From NCBI GenBank assembly GCA_947477885.1, contig CANJUD010000004.1, positions 164,997 through 228,996 of the forward strand: a stretch of DNA of 64,000 nucleotides, in the 5' to 3' direction. The translations under genes were made by a program, and so were the position numbers. The notes under the pieces were generated by a model, which saw only the letters and a list, made by a program, of their open reading frames with translations, had not been told where the DNA came from and searched no databases. Position 1 is the first letter of the stretch; each line of letters starts with the position of its first letter. Below, piece after piece: positions 38,981 to 49,477 of this stretch. Origin of the DNA: Bacteroidota bacterium (GTDB lineage Bacteria > Bacteroidota > Bacteroidia > UKL13-3).

Positions 38981-41614
38981 ATGGCAGACGAAAGGATTGT
39001 GCCCATCAACATTGAGGACGAAATGAAGACCGCCTATATCGATTATTCGATGTCGGTTATTGTATCACGAGCTTTACCTGATGTACGCGACGGCTTGAAA
39101 CCCGTGCATCGCAGGGTTCTGTATGGTATGACCGAATTGGGATTGGCCAGTAACCGCCCACATAAAAAATCGGCAAGAATTGTGGGTGAAGTATTGGGTA
39201 AATACCATCCGCATGGCGACCAAAGTGTGTATGATGCGATGGTGCGTATGGCACAAGCTTGGAACCTTCGATACATGTTAGTTGATGGACAAGGAAACTA
39301 TGGTAGTATAGATGGAGATCCACCGGCAGCTATGCGTTATACGGAGGCACGCCTTCGTAAAATGGCTGAAGATATGATGGTGGATATAGATAAAAACACT
39401 GTTGATTTTCGCCCCAACTTTGATGATTCATTAACTGAGCCGACTGTTTTACCAGCTAAAATTCCAAATCTACTTATCAATGGCTCTTCTGGAATTGCTG
39501 TGGGAATGGCTACCAATATGGCTCCGCATAATTTAAGCGAGGTGATTGATGGTATCGTGGCTTATATAGATAATAATGATATTACTATTGATGAACTCAT
39601 GCAATTTGTAAAAGCTCCTGATTTTCCAACGGGTGGTTCTATATATGGATATGAAGGAGTTAAAGAAGCTTTCCATACAGGCCGTGGACGTGTAATGATG
39701 CGTGCAAAATCTTCATTTGAAGTGACCGCAACAGGCAAAAACCAAATTATAGTTACAGAGATTCCTTATCAAGTAAATAAAGCTGAACTAATTAAGAAAA
39801 CGGTACATTTAATAGAAGAAAAAGTAATTGATGGGATTTCCGATATTCGTGACGAAAGTGACCGCGATGGTTACCGTGTTGTATTCGATTTGAAACGCGA
39901 TGCAGTCCCCAATATTGTTTTAAACAAATTATATAAATATACCCAATTACAAACTTCTTTTTCGGTTAACAATATTGCATTGGTAAAAGGCCGCCCAGTT
40001 GCTTTGAACCTAAAAGACCAGATGGTACATTTTGTATCACACCGTCATGAAATTATTGTTCGCCGCACCCAGTACGAATTGGAAGAAGCTCGCAAACGTG
40101 CACATATTTTAGAAGGTTTATTAATTGCAATTGATCACTTAGATGATGTAATTAAAATCATTCGTGCTTCGCAAACTCCCGATTTGGCGAGGGTTGAACT
40201 GATGAGCAATTTCGGCTTGAGTGAAATACAAAGTAAAGCAATTCTCGAAATGCGTTTACGCACTCTTACCGGACTTGAGCGTGATAAAATTAAAGAAGAA
40301 TATGCACAGATTATGGAACTTATCAGTCGCTTAGAAGCAATTCTTGCTGATGAAGGTGCCCGTATGCAAATAATAAAAGATGAGCTAGCAGATATGAAAC
40401 AAAAGTATGGTGATGAACGCCGTACCGAAATTATTTATGCTGCTGGCGAGTTCCGCATGGAAGATATGATTGCCGATGATGAAATGGTTATCACTATTAG
40501 TCGTATGGGTTATATCAAACGTACACCAACTGCCGACTACCGCGCACAGAATCGTGGCGGTCGCGGGCAGCGAGGTGTATCGCATAGAGATGAAGATTTT
40601 GTAGAACATTTGTTTATTGCCACTAATCACAACTATCTATTATTCTTTACCGATCATGGTCGCTGTTATTGGTTGAAAGTATATGAAATTCCTGAAGGTG
40701 CAAAAACCACCAAAGGGCGTGCAATACAAAATATGGTGAATATGCCAGCCGACGATAAAATTCGGACGGTAATAAATGTAATGAATTTGCAAGACAAAGA
40801 ATATTTAGAGAATAATAATATTGTATTGTGTACCAAAAAAGGAATCATCAAAAAAACCAATTTAGAATTATATTCTCGTCCTCGTACCAATGGTATCAAT
40901 GCCATTAATATACGCGAAGATGATGAATTATTAGATGCACGTTTAACTGATGGCACCAGCGAAATTATATTGGCAAGTAATAATGGTAAAGCCATTCGTT
41001 TCAACGAAAGTTTGGTAAGACCAATGGGCAGAAATGCTACCGGTGTTAAAGGTATGCGTCTTGCTGAAGGTGATGAAGTGATTGGCATGATAGCTATGAA
41101 ACTTGATACCGGTAAAAACGTGATGGTAGTAACTGAAAAAGGTTATGGCAAACGTTCAGAGATTGATGAATACCGCGTTACAGGCCGCGGTGGAAAAGGT
41201 GTGAAAGCCATGAACGTTACTGAAAAAACCGGAAAACTTGTTGCAATACTCGATGTAGATGATACGCAAGATTTGATGATTATCAATCGTGGAGGACTAA
41301 CTATACGCTTATCTGTTGATACATTAAGAGTTGTTGGTCGTGTTACACAAGGTGTGAAACTTGTTAAAATAAATGATAAAGATTCTATCGCCAGTGTTGC
41401 TTTGGTTAATAAAGAAGAAGAAGAAGAATTGTTGGAAGGAGTAGAAGGAGAAGAAATTGATGGCACAGAAATTGGCATTGCCGACCCAACAGCATTGGTT
41501 GAACTAGATGGTGAGGAGTTGGATTTAACCGAAGAAGAGGGCGAAGATGAAGCAGAAGATGAATCGGACGACACGCCAGAAACTGAAGACCCAAGCAACC
41601 AAATTGATGAATAG
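38981..41614 (+). CDS. gyrA: DNA gyrase subunit A
   Basis: The N-terminus reads [31 protein letters not shown], with the active-site Tyr region. The 877-aa protein has C-terminal beta-pinwheel repeats and an acidic tail of about 70 aa. Confidence 0.96.
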   Translation: MADERIVPINIEDEMKTAYIDYSMSVIVSRALPDVRDGLKPVHRRVLYGMTELGLASNRPHKKSARIVGEVLGKYHPHGDQSVYDAMVRMAQAWNLRYMLVDGQGNYGSIDGDPPAAMRYTEARLRKMAEDMMVDIDKNTVDFRPNFDDSLTEPTVLPAKIPNLLINGSSGIAVGMATNMAPHNLSEVIDGIVAYIDNNDITIDELMQFVKAPDFPTGGSIYGYEGVKEAFHTGRGRVMMRAKSSFEVTATGKNQIIVTEIPYQVNKAELIKKTVHLIEEKVIDGISDIRDESDRDGYRVVFDLKRDAVPNIVLNKLYKYTQLQTSFSVNNIALVKGRPVALNLKDQMVHFVSHRHEIIVRRTQYELEEARKRAHILEGLLIAIDHLDDVIKIIRASQTPDLARVELMSNFGLSEIQSKAILEMRLRTLTGLERDKIKEEYAQIMELISRLEAILADEGARMQIIKDELADMKQKYGDERRTEIIYAAGEFRMEDMIADDEMVITISRMGYIKRTPTADYRAQNRGGRGQRGVSHRDEDFVEHLFIATNHNYLLFFTDHGRCYWLKVYEIPEGAKTTKGRAIQNMVNMPADDKIRTVINVMNLQDKEYLENNNIVLCTKKGIIKKTNLELYSRPRTNGINAINIREDDELLDARLTDGTSEIILASNNGKAIRFNESLVRPMGRNATGVKGMRLAEGDEVIGMIAMKLDTGKNVMVVTEKGYGKRSEIDEYRVTGRGGKGVKAMNVTEKTGKLVAILDVDDTQDLMIINRGGLTIRLSVDTLRVVGRVTQGVKLVKINDKDSIASVALVNKEEEEELLEGVEGEEIDGTEIGIADPTALVELDGEELDLTEEEGEDEAEDESDDTPETEDPSNQIDE

Positions 41615-41644
41615 GCGTTATTAAATAAAAACCATCATATACAA

Positions 41645-42925
41645 ATGAAACGTATTATTTTTACATTGGCCCTTGCCGCCACGTTTGTTACCGCTGCATA
41701 CTCGCAAAAGGTAAACCTAGAATCAGCTATTACTTACTTCCGCAATGGAGATGACTTAAGCTTAAAAGATGCTAAAAGATTTATTGACCTTGCAGCTACC
41801 AATGAAGAAACAAGTATGAAAGCCAAAACTTGGTATTATCGTGGATGGATATATAATAAAATTGCTGGCGATGATAAGTTGACGAAAAGCATGGATACCA
41901 ATGCGGCAGAAAAAGCGTTGGAATCGCTATTGAAATCCCTGGAATTAGACAAAAAATTGGAATATAACAATGATGAATTGGGCGATGCGGAGGGTAACTC
42001 TACCAGCTCTCTTAACTTTTTATATGTTGCTGCTTTCAAAGCCTATAATGTTGCTTTTGTAAAACTAGATAAAGGTGATTATGCCAATACCCTAAAAATA
42101 TATGAGAATTTATTACAGGTATATAAATATGATAACAAAGGTGTAATGATGACCAATAATCTGAGTCGCAAGCAACTTTGGGAACTTACCGCGTATGCAA
42201 ATACAAAAGCTGGCAACACCACACGCAGCAAGGAACTCTACAATATATTAATTGATAGTAATTACACAAAAAAATCAGTATATACTTCATTGTATAATTT
42301 ATATATAAATGATAAGGATACCACAAAAGCAATAGGCGTTCTCGAAAAAGCTGAACGTGTATTTACCGAAGATCCTATATTTAGTGAGATTGAGATTCAG
42401 TTATATTTGGCTAGTGGAAACAGTAATATATTTATTGAAAAAGTATCACAGAAAATTGAAAAGAATCCTGATGTGGGCAAATACTATTATTATAGAGGTC
42501 TAACTTATGAGGATCTTAGGAATGAAGTGTCCAGTAAAAAAAGCACCCCTGCCAGCACTATTGACAGCTTAAACAAACTGATAGAACCCGACTATAAAAA
42601 GGCTGTTGAATTAAACGATAATGATACTTTCTCTCACTATAATTTAGGTGCTTTTTATTATAACCTTTGTGTTCCTATTATCAATAAAATGGGCAAACCC
42701 GATGATAAAAAACCAGACTATAAAATAAGACTTGCAAAACTAGAAGCTGAGAAAAAAGAATTATTAGATAAAGCCCGTCCGCATTTAGAAAAAGCTTACG
42801 AACTTAAAGATGATGACCGCCCAATAGTGCTAGCTTTACAACATTTATACGAACAATTAAAAATGACTGACAAATCCAAAGAGTTTGAAGCTAAAGCAAA
42901 AGCTTTGGAACCCAAAAAACAATAA
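41645..42925 (+). CDS. secreted TPR-like repeat protein
   Basis: It has a signal peptide and a helical-repeat composition. Confidence 0.55.
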   Translation: MKRIIFTLALAATFVTAAYSQKVNLESAITYFRNGDDLSLKDAKRFIDLAATNEETSMKAKTWYYRGWIYNKIAGDDKLTKSMDTNAAEKALESLLKSLELDKKLEYNNDELGDAEGNSTSSLNFLYVAAFKAYNVAFVKLDKGDYANTLKIYENLLQVYKYDNKGVMMTNNLSRKQLWELTAYANTKAGNTTRSKELYNILIDSNYTKKSVYTSLYNLYINDKDTTKAIGVLEKAERVFTEDPIFSEIEIQLYLASGNSNIFIEKVSQKIEKNPDVGKYYYYRGLTYEDLRNEVSSKKSTPASTIDSLNKLIEPDYKKAVELNDNDTFSHYNLGAFYYNLCVPIINKMGKPDDKKPDYKIRLAKLEAEKKELLDKARPHLEKAYELKDDDRPIVLALQHLYEQLKMTDKSKEFEAKAKALEPKKQ

Positions 42926-42938
42926 AACAACTCCCTAA

Positions 42939-42975
42939 TTTATTATATTTAAGAGCACTCCAATTGGGGTGCTTT
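42939..42975 (+). terminator. rho-independent terminator
   Basis: The stem AGCACTCC-aatt-GGGGTGCT includes one G·U pair and is followed by tttttt. Confidence 0.65.
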
Positions 42976-43033
42976 TTTAATATTTATTTTTTGCTTGCTG
43001 TTCCATTATTAGTTAACTTTGTGCCTTACAAGA

Positions 43034-43383
43034 ATGGAACAGGTAAGACAAATCATTTATTATAAAGGATATTTTTAGACTTTTTTGATTTACAAACTGA
43101 AAAAGTAAAAGAAAAAATAGATTATATATTATTTGCAATAACTGTAGCTGACAGAATTCCACAGAAATTTTTCAAACATATGGAGGTTACTGATGGCTTA
43201 TATGAAATACGAATAGAATATCAAGGAAATATTTTCAGGATTTTTAGTTGTTTTGATGAAGGGAAATTAGTAGTCTTATTTAATGGTTTTCAAAAGAAAA
43301 GTCAAAAAACTCCACAAGGAGAAATAGAAAAGGCGATAAAAATTAAAACTGAATATTTTGCAGAAAAATTAAAACACAAATAA
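43034..43383 (+). pseudogene. higB: HigB / Gp49-type RelE-family toxin gene, frameshifted in a T5 run near 43071-43078
   Basis: From the ATG at 43034, MEQVRQIIYYKGYF* is read. A frame one nucleotide later continues ...LDFFDLQTEKVKEKIDYILFAITVADRIPQKFFKHMEVTDGLYEIRIEYQGNIFRIFSCFDEGKLVVLFNGFQKKSQKTPQGEIEKA, a full-length Gp49/HigB signature. The track ORF 43180-43383 is only the C-terminal two-thirds. Confidence 0.7.
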
Positions 43384-43392
43384 AACAATATT

Positions 43393-43707
43393 ATGAGTAA
43401 AACATATAAAACAAAAAAGAAAAGTGTAACTACTTTTGATGAGCATCTAGACCAGCGTTATGGGAAAATCGGAGCCGTGGAAAGAACTGAATTTGAAATA
43501 AAAGCCAAGTCATTTGCTATTGGAGAAATTATTAAGGAAGAAAGAAAGCTTGCCTCTATGACTCAAGAGCAGTTGGCAGAGAAGACCGGAACGAAAAAAA
43601 GTTTTATTTCACGAATAGAAAATGGTCATAGTGATATACAACTCTCTACCTTATATAAATTGATAGAACTTGGACTTGGACGAAAAATTTCTTTTATTAT
43701 ACAATAA
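43393..43707 (+). CDS. higA: HTH XRE-family antitoxin (HigA-like)
   Basis: The helix-turn-helix reads QEQLAEKTGTKKSFISRIENGHSDIQLSTLYKLIELGL. It lies 9 nt downstream of the toxin. Confidence 0.78.
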   Translation: MSKTYKTKKKSVTTFDEHLDQRYGKIGAVERTEFEIKAKSFAIGEIIKEERKLASMTQEQLAEKTGTKKSFISRIENGHSDIQLSTLYKLIELGLGRKISFIIQ

Positions 43708-43738
43708 ATATATCATTTGATATTTATCCTGATAATAA

Positions 43739-45310
43739 ATGAAAAACATATATTCTTTTCTCCTCCTATTAATTACACTTGCCACAAACGCCCAAGTCTT
43801 CAAACGTTCTGAACTACCCACAACCCTAACAACCCCATGGGAAATTACCTACGGACCCGATGGATTTCTGTGGATTTCGGAAGATGGTGGTACTGTATCA
43901 AGAGTAGATCCATCCAATGGGAACAAAACAAAAGTATATACTGCTCCTGATTATTTTGCAGGTTCCGTTTTAGAGCAATCTCCATTATGTTTTAAACCAG
44001 TAATTGGTGCAGGAACACTGGGCTTAGCTTTACATCCAGATTTTATGGACACTGCTTCATCTTATATATATTATGTATATTCCTATAATAGTGGATCCAC
44101 ACAAGCACCTGCTACCAAATTTAAACTTAAGCGGTTAAAATGGGATGCAGCTGCTAAAAGTGTAGTTGCAGACAGTGATTTAGTAACTATGATTTCCTCG
44201 GGCTACGACCATTTGGGCGGGCGACTGATGGCAATCAAACAAAATAATATATCTCATATATTTTTATCCATTGGTGACCACGGTGCATCAGAAACAAATA
44301 GTCCGGATTGTTATTCACCACAATCGGCCAACCCTAATAATTTTGCACAGGACCCAAATACACAGAACGGGAAGATACATCGATTTAATATGGATGGAAG
44401 TATTCCAAGTGATAATCCGATTTCTGGAAATTCCTTTTACACCCGTGGGCATAGGAATCCTCAAGGATTGATGTACAATCCCAATTTAGATATTATATAT
44501 GATATAGAACATGGCGACAGGACCGATGATGAAATTAATATATTACATAAAGGGATGAATTATGGCTGGAAATATGTGAGAGGTTATCATGCAGATAATA
44601 ACTATCCAGGCGAAGCAAATTATATCAAGAATTATGTTCCAGATAAAAATATAGCAAACGACTCATTGGTTGAAGCTTTTTATTCGTTCTGTGCAACCCC
44701 GCAAGATACCGCAGCAAACTACCTGGATTGGTGCACTGTGGCTCCTTCCGATGGCTTGTATTATGGAAGCGCAGGTATTCCTGCATGGACTAATAGTTTG
44801 TTATTGGTTACACTTAAAGATGGGGCAAGTACAGATATGCAAGTATATCAATTTAAGTTGCGAAGTGATGGCAAATTAGATTCATCAACAGCGAGCAATC
44901 CAAACCCGAAAAAATATTTTGCTGCCGACCAAAAACAGAACGGAAGACTAAGAGATATTGCAGTTTCGCCAGATGGAAAAAAGATATATTTAATTAATAA
45001 TTTCGGTGCAAATAAAGATAAAATTACTGTATATGCTTATGATTCTCTTGCTAGCGGACTAGCTGATATAGTAATAGCTGACGACATTAACATATATCCC
45101 AATCCCGCAAATGACGTTTTGAAGATAAATGTTTCTGACAACGATATTCGCATACAAAAAATTGTTATATATAATATGTTGGGGCAAGTTATAAATATAG
45201 AGAATAAAAATAATTTATCGATTAATATTTCTAATTTTTTTAAAGGGTTTTATACTATTGAAATAATTACGAATAATGGGAGTTGTGCGAAGAAATTTTT
45301 AAAGGAATAA
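43739..45310 (+). CDS. PQQ-dependent sugar dehydrogenase-like (GSDH family) with T9SS type-A CTD
   Basis: It has a signal peptide. The GSDH motif is HGDRTDDEINILHKGMNYGWKYVRG. The C-terminus INIYPNPANDVLKIN...FYTIEIITNNG is a Por_Secre_tail. Confidence 0.8.
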   Translation: MKNIYSFLLLLITLATNAQVFKRSELPTTLTTPWEITYGPDGFLWISEDGGTVSRVDPSNGNKTKVYTAPDYFAGSVLEQSPLCFKPVIGAGTLGLALHPDFMDTASSYIYYVYSYNSGSTQAPATKFKLKRLKWDAAAKSVVADSDLVTMISSGYDHLGGRLMAIKQNNISHIFLSIGDHGASETNSPDCYSPQSANPNNFAQDPNTQNGKIHRFNMDGSIPSDNPISGNSFYTRGHRNPQGLMYNPNLDIIYDIEHGDRTDDEINILHKGMNYGWKYVRGYHADNNYPGEANYIKNYVPDKNIANDSLVEAFYSFCATPQDTAANYLDWCTVAPSDGLYYGSAGIPAWTNSLLLVTLKDGASTDMQVYQFKLRSDGKLDSSTASNPNPKKYFAADQKQNGRLRDIAVSPDGKKIYLINNFGANKDKITVYAYDSLASGLADIVIADDINIYPNPANDVLKINVSDNDIRIQKIVIYNMLGQVINIENKNNLSINISNFFKGFYTIEIITNNGSCAKKFLKE

Positions 45311-45314
45311 TATT

Positions 45315-45767
45315 ATGACTATAATAAACCTTGCCACCATTATTTATGCAAATATCGAAATCTGTTTCGATACCGCAAGAGATATTGATATACATAAACT
45401 CTCTACTAAAAAAACAAACGAAAGAGCCATTGCAGGCAGAACCAGCGGGCTTTGTGAACTGGGAGACACAATTACTTGGGAAGCGAAACATTTTGGAATT
45501 AAACAACATTTAACCGTTGAAATAACAGCTATGAATAAGCCAAATTACTTTGAAGATAAAATGCTTAAAGGAGCTTTCAAAAGTATGAAACATGAACACC
45601 GATTTGAAAGCAAAGATGGAAAAACAATTATGGTAGATAAATTCCAATATGAAGTTCCTTTTGGAATCTTTGGAAAGCTATTCGATTTTTTAATATTAAA
45701 AAGATATATGACTCGATTTCTTAAAACAAGAAATGAAGTATTGAAAGAAATTGCTGAGAGAAGATAA
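45315..45767 (+). CDS. SRPBCC-fold protein (polyketide cyclase/START-like)
   Basis: The 150-aa protein has a composition and size fitting SRPBCC. The family call is weak. Confidence 0.45.
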   Translation: MTIINLATIIYANIEICFDTARDIDIHKLSTKKTNERAIAGRTSGLCELGDTITWEAKHFGIKQHLTVEITAMNKPNYFEDKMLKGAFKSMKHEHRFESKDGKTIMVDKFQYEVPFGIFGKLFDFLILKRYMTRFLKTRNEVLKEIAERR

Positions 45768-45877
45768 ATTAAATGACTGTGCTCCGAAGAGATTGACTGC
45801 GTCCAATTAAAATTTGCCACGTCGCCCTTCCCACAAGGAATGCACACTGCTCCTCGCAATGACGTAGTGGAAATTAT

Positions 45878-45921
45878 GCGTCAGCCCATTCACCATTCAT
45901 CATTTATAATTCATCATTATA
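45878..45921. repeat. GCGTCAGCCC anchor + heptamer array (CATTCAC CATTCAT CATTTAT AATTCAT CATTATA)
   Basis: It is read directly from the sequence. The array ends exactly at the TonB-receptor stop codon. Confidence 0.7.
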
Positions 45922-48393
45922 TTAAAACTCCATACTATTATTACCTCCCTGGGTTGGTGGTTTACGTTTAAATATTGAGGCATCCATCTTCCCAAATCTT
46001 ACCATAATACTGATCTTAATAAATCTTGTCTCACGACGGCGTGACATGGTTTGATAGCATTCTCCGGGAATATCGAGCAATGAACCGAAGCGTTTTGTAT
46101 TGAACATATCGCTTAGAGTTAGATTGATATTAATGAACTTTTTTACTTCTTTCACTAAGGATGCATCTACAAAATATACTGCATTTGCTTTTCCCTGAGG
46201 AATAGTTTTGGGCGACTCATAATTTCCCGCGACTTGCAATGATAAATCTTTGGGGAATTTATATACTAAATTGGCTTTGCCTGTCCAGTTGAAACCTTTA
46301 TTGCTCATTGGTGTGTTACCAAAATCTGCAGAAATTACGGTATAAAATAAATTTACATTGGTAGTAAATTCTAATTTCTTAAAGAACGTATATTTAAAAG
46401 TATTATCCATTCCATATACTTGTTGACTTTTACCATTGATGGTGGTGCTTACTAATTTTGTGCTGTCATCAGTGGCTCTATAGCTATATTTGGTAAGTGG
46501 TTGCTCGATTCCTTTGAAATATAATGAGCTCAATAAATTTCCCTTCTTCCATAGTTTTTGATAATTCAATTCAGCCAAATTAATAAACTCGGGAGCCAAA
46601 CGCGGATTGCCAATAGTATAGTTTTTGTTATCTGCAAACATAATAAAAGGCATCATTTGCATAAAGCCAGGGCGGTTAACTTTGCGTGAATAATTCAATT
46701 GCAATTCTTGGTCCTTGGCATATTTGCGACTAAAATATACTGCGGGAAATAGTGATTTCCATAAGTCCTTTCCTGTGCCTGGATAGTTATAAGAAAACTT
46801 AGTTAAACTATCTATATGCGGATCGCCCACAAATGATGATTGCTCAAAACGCAAACCTGTTTGATAACCTATTTTACGCCATTTGCTTTGGTAATTTAAG
46901 TAAGCAGCATTAATTATTTCAGTAAAAGAATAGTTACTGCTCATATAAGGATTGCTTTTATCTGAATTTGATGCGTAATCAAAATAAGTTGAGGTTAAAT
47001 TTGTGGAGGTATATTTATAATATGAACGCACCCCTGTTTCTATTTTGGTGTTTTCTTTTTTCAAAGGTTTTATATAATCTATTTGTGCTACAAATTGGTC
47101 AGCTTTATTTTTACCTATATTATGTTGCAGAAGTGGGTTTCCTATAGCTGTACCATTCGCTAGAAAATTATTTGTTGTAAAAGCTACGTTTGTACCTGAA
47201 CGCAACCAGTTATAACTTATATCAGCCACTAATTCCTTACCCGGTTTGGGATAAGTCCGTTTCCAAGTAATTTGTTCTGTATTATTTTGAAATTGATTAT
47301 GGGTTTCGTTGGTACGATTTCCAATACTATTTATAATATCATTTCTATCTAGATTTTTAAATTCCTGCAAATCTATTATATCAAATTTGCCTGCCACCGC
47401 TGTATGGGCCAAGGTAATCGTATTGCGATTATTTATATAATAGTCAAACCCCAAACGCCACATCTGGAAACGGTTTTCAAAAGTTGTATTGTTATCCTGT
47501 TTATAATAATCAATAATAGAATCGGCATTCATATCCTTGCGATAGGTATTCCCTTTTGCATAAAAATTTTTTGAATGATTTAAACTATAAGTAAAACCAA
47601 TATTAAACTTTTTCTCTTTTAAATTTAATGCGGTCAATACATTATAGCGATCGCCTGTTCCACCACCTACTGTCATTATTCCATTATATCCTGGCTTGGT
47701 ATTCTTTTTCATCACCAAATTTAAAATTCCTCCCGAAGTGCTTGCATCGAATTTGGCAGATGGGTTTGTGATAATTTCCACACGTTCTATTTGGTCGGCT
47801 GGTATTTGGTCGATGGTGAGGGAAGTTGGTCTACCATCGATATATATTTGTGTGGCTGCATTACGCAACTTAGCATTTCCATCGGCATCAATGGTTACGC
47901 TTGGCACGTTTTTAAGTACATCGGCAGCAGTGCCACCCTGACTGATTTGGTTTTTATCGACATTAAATATTTTACGGTCGATGCCCATTTGTATATTCGA
48001 TTTTTTGCCTTGTATAGTTACCTCTTGCATTTGGGTAATATCTGCAGCTATATAAATGTTTCCCAAGTCCTGCTCCACATTTTGCATGCTTAAGGCTACC
48101 TCCTGCTGCGATTTGGTAAATCCAATCATGGTCACCTTTAAAGTAAATTTCCCAAAGGGCAGATTGTCCAAACTATAATCGCCTTTGTTATTAGTAAGCA
48201 CTCCGGCTATAGCTGAATCTTTACCCACATAGTACAATGCTACTGAAGCAAATTCCAAAGGTTTCTTGGTTTCAGTATTGATTACTGTGCCATACAAACG
48301 TGCTATATCAGGCATCTTGAACTTGGCGTTGGGTTGCTGTGCTAGGCTGATAACAGGGAGCAGCAGTAAGGCCGCTAATAATCTCTTGGTCAT
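45922..48393 (-). CDS. TonB-dependent receptor with N-terminal carboxypeptidase-regulatory-like domain
   Basis: It has a signal peptide and a CarbopepD_reg-like region (YGTVINTETKKPLEFASVALYY). Plug and barrel follow. The C-terminus ends in F. Confidence 0.88.
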   Translation of the reverse strand: MTKRLLAALLLLPVISLAQQPNAKFKMPDIARLYGTVINTETKKPLEFASVALYYVGKDSAIAGVLTNNKGDYSLDNLPFGKFTLKVTMIGFTKSQQEVALSMQNVEQDLGNIYIAADITQMQEVTIQGKKSNIQMGIDRKIFNVDKNQISQGGTAADVLKNVPSVTIDADGNAKLRNAATQIYIDGRPTSLTIDQIPADQIERVEIITNPSAKFDASTSGGILNLVMKKNTKPGYNGIMTVGGGTGDRYNVLTALNLKEKKFNIGFTYSLNHSKNFYAKGNTYRKDMNADSIIDYYKQDNNTTFENRFQMWRLGFDYYINNRNTITLAHTAVAGKFDIIDLQEFKNLDRNDIINSIGNRTNETHNQFQNNTEQITWKRTYPKPGKELVADISYNWLRSGTNVAFTTNNFLANGTAIGNPLLQHNIGKNKADQFVAQIDYIKPLKKENTKIETGVRSYYKYTSTNLTSTYFDYASNSDKSNPYMSSNYSFTEIINAAYLNYQSKWRKIGYQTGLRFEQSSFVGDPHIDSLTKFSYNYPGTGKDLWKSLFPAVYFSRKYAKDQELQLNYSRKVNRPGFMQMMPFIMFADNKNYTIGNPRLAPEFINLAELNYQKLWKKGNLLSSLYFKGIEQPLTKYSYRATDDSTKLVSTTINGKSQQVYGMDNTFKYTFFKKLEFTTNVNLFYTVISADFGNTPMSNKGFNWTGKANLVYKFPKDLSLQVAGNYESPKTIPQGKANAVYFVDASLVKEVKKFININLTLSDMFNTKRFGSLLDIPGECYQTMSRRRETRFIKISIMVRFGKMDASIFKRKPPTQGGNNSMEF

Positions 48394-49075
48394 AGTCTCT
48401 TTAAAATTCTGTATTAGAAAAACATCACAAATTTAGAGAAGTTATAGTAAACAATTTAATAAAAAGTATATGTAACAGTAAAAGGTGTTTGCATCCGACT
48501 ACACTTTAACATATAATTACGCAAAATGCATTACACATTTTGGGTAATTATATCATGAGGGTTTATAATATGTGAATAAAAAAAACTCTTACGAATTGAT
48601 ACACCAACGAGTCTTAAAGTAAAGATAATATTCCAATAAAATTACAAGAACATAGATGCTAGTTATTTGCATCAAATTTTCAATTTATATTATTATTATT
48701 ATGAAAAATATCAAATTACTACCTGTGTTAACTCTTATCAAAATCTTAACCACGATAACTATTATTATATTTTTTGCTGCTTGACGAAAGGAAATCCTAA
48801 AAAAAAATATGATTTAACTTTACATTTTTAAAAAAAAATGATTTGAGTATGAGTCTATCGTAAAAGGCAGACTTTTTTTATGATATATATTCTTTATTTA
48901 ATAAATTAATAAATTCGGTATAAAGAACTGGTTAAATATAAGCAAGTAATTTGTAGGTATATGAACGATGATAAAATACTATTGGCAGTATCTGCCGCCA
49001 CTATGCTAATGATGATAATTGTAATATTATATAAAGTACAAAAAAGCAAAAACAAAAATAAATACCGCTAAATAT

Positions 49076-49348
49076 ATGACTACAAAAAATATATCTGCTG
49101 AAAACTTGGTAAATGAATTTCTATCAGTGCTAAAAGGTATGGAACGAATTAAAACCTTAACGCAACGTCAGTTTGCAATCTATCAAGATTTAAAAGCTAA
49201 ATATATTAATGCGAAGATTATGTTGGATGGAATGGAAACGAATTTTCTTTATAATACAATTGAAAATGCAATCTATTTTAAAATCGGTAAAGAACTTAGT
49301 ATTAAAGTGCTTGAGCATATCAATAGGATTGGCTTGAGGCTGAATTAG
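49076..49348 (+). CDS. hypothetical small protein (90 aa)
   Basis: It is an ORF only, in an AT-rich region. Confidence 0.25.
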   Translation: MTTKNISAENLVNEFLSVLKGMERIKTLTQRQFAIYQDLKAKYINAKIMLDGMETNFLYNTIENAIYFKIGKELSIKVLEHINRIGLRLN

Positions 49349-49349
49349 T

Positions 49350-49476
49350 AGCTAGTATCAAGTATAAAGTTGTATTCTCTCGAATAAGATTCAGAAGCAA
49401 ACAAATTGGGAGCATGAATCGGCGAAAGCGGTTAGCATCCGCCGCGGCGGAATTAATACTAGCTACTTGATACCTT
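49350..49476. other. structured element: 12-bp arms AGTAGCTAGTAT/ATACTAGCTACT, about 100 nt apart, enclosing a GC-rich core with the palindrome CCGCCGCGGCGG
   Basis: It is read directly from the sequence, between the small ORF and the porin stop. Confidence 0.4.
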
Positions 49477-49477
49477 T

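Noticed and set aside
38981-41614. Acidic tail of about 70 aa on GyrA ([17 protein letters not shown]...)
   Set aside because: Acidic C-terminal tails on GyrA are known. E. coli has a short one that modulates DNA wrapping. A longer tail here is probably a lineage feature rather than a new system.
45922-48700. Cobalamin riboswitch upstream of the TonB-dependent receptor (BtuB-like), given the nearby PduO-type adenosyltransferase
   Set aside because: The upstream region is extremely AT-rich and lacks any B12-box-like GCC-rich core. Nothing riboswitch-like is recognisable.
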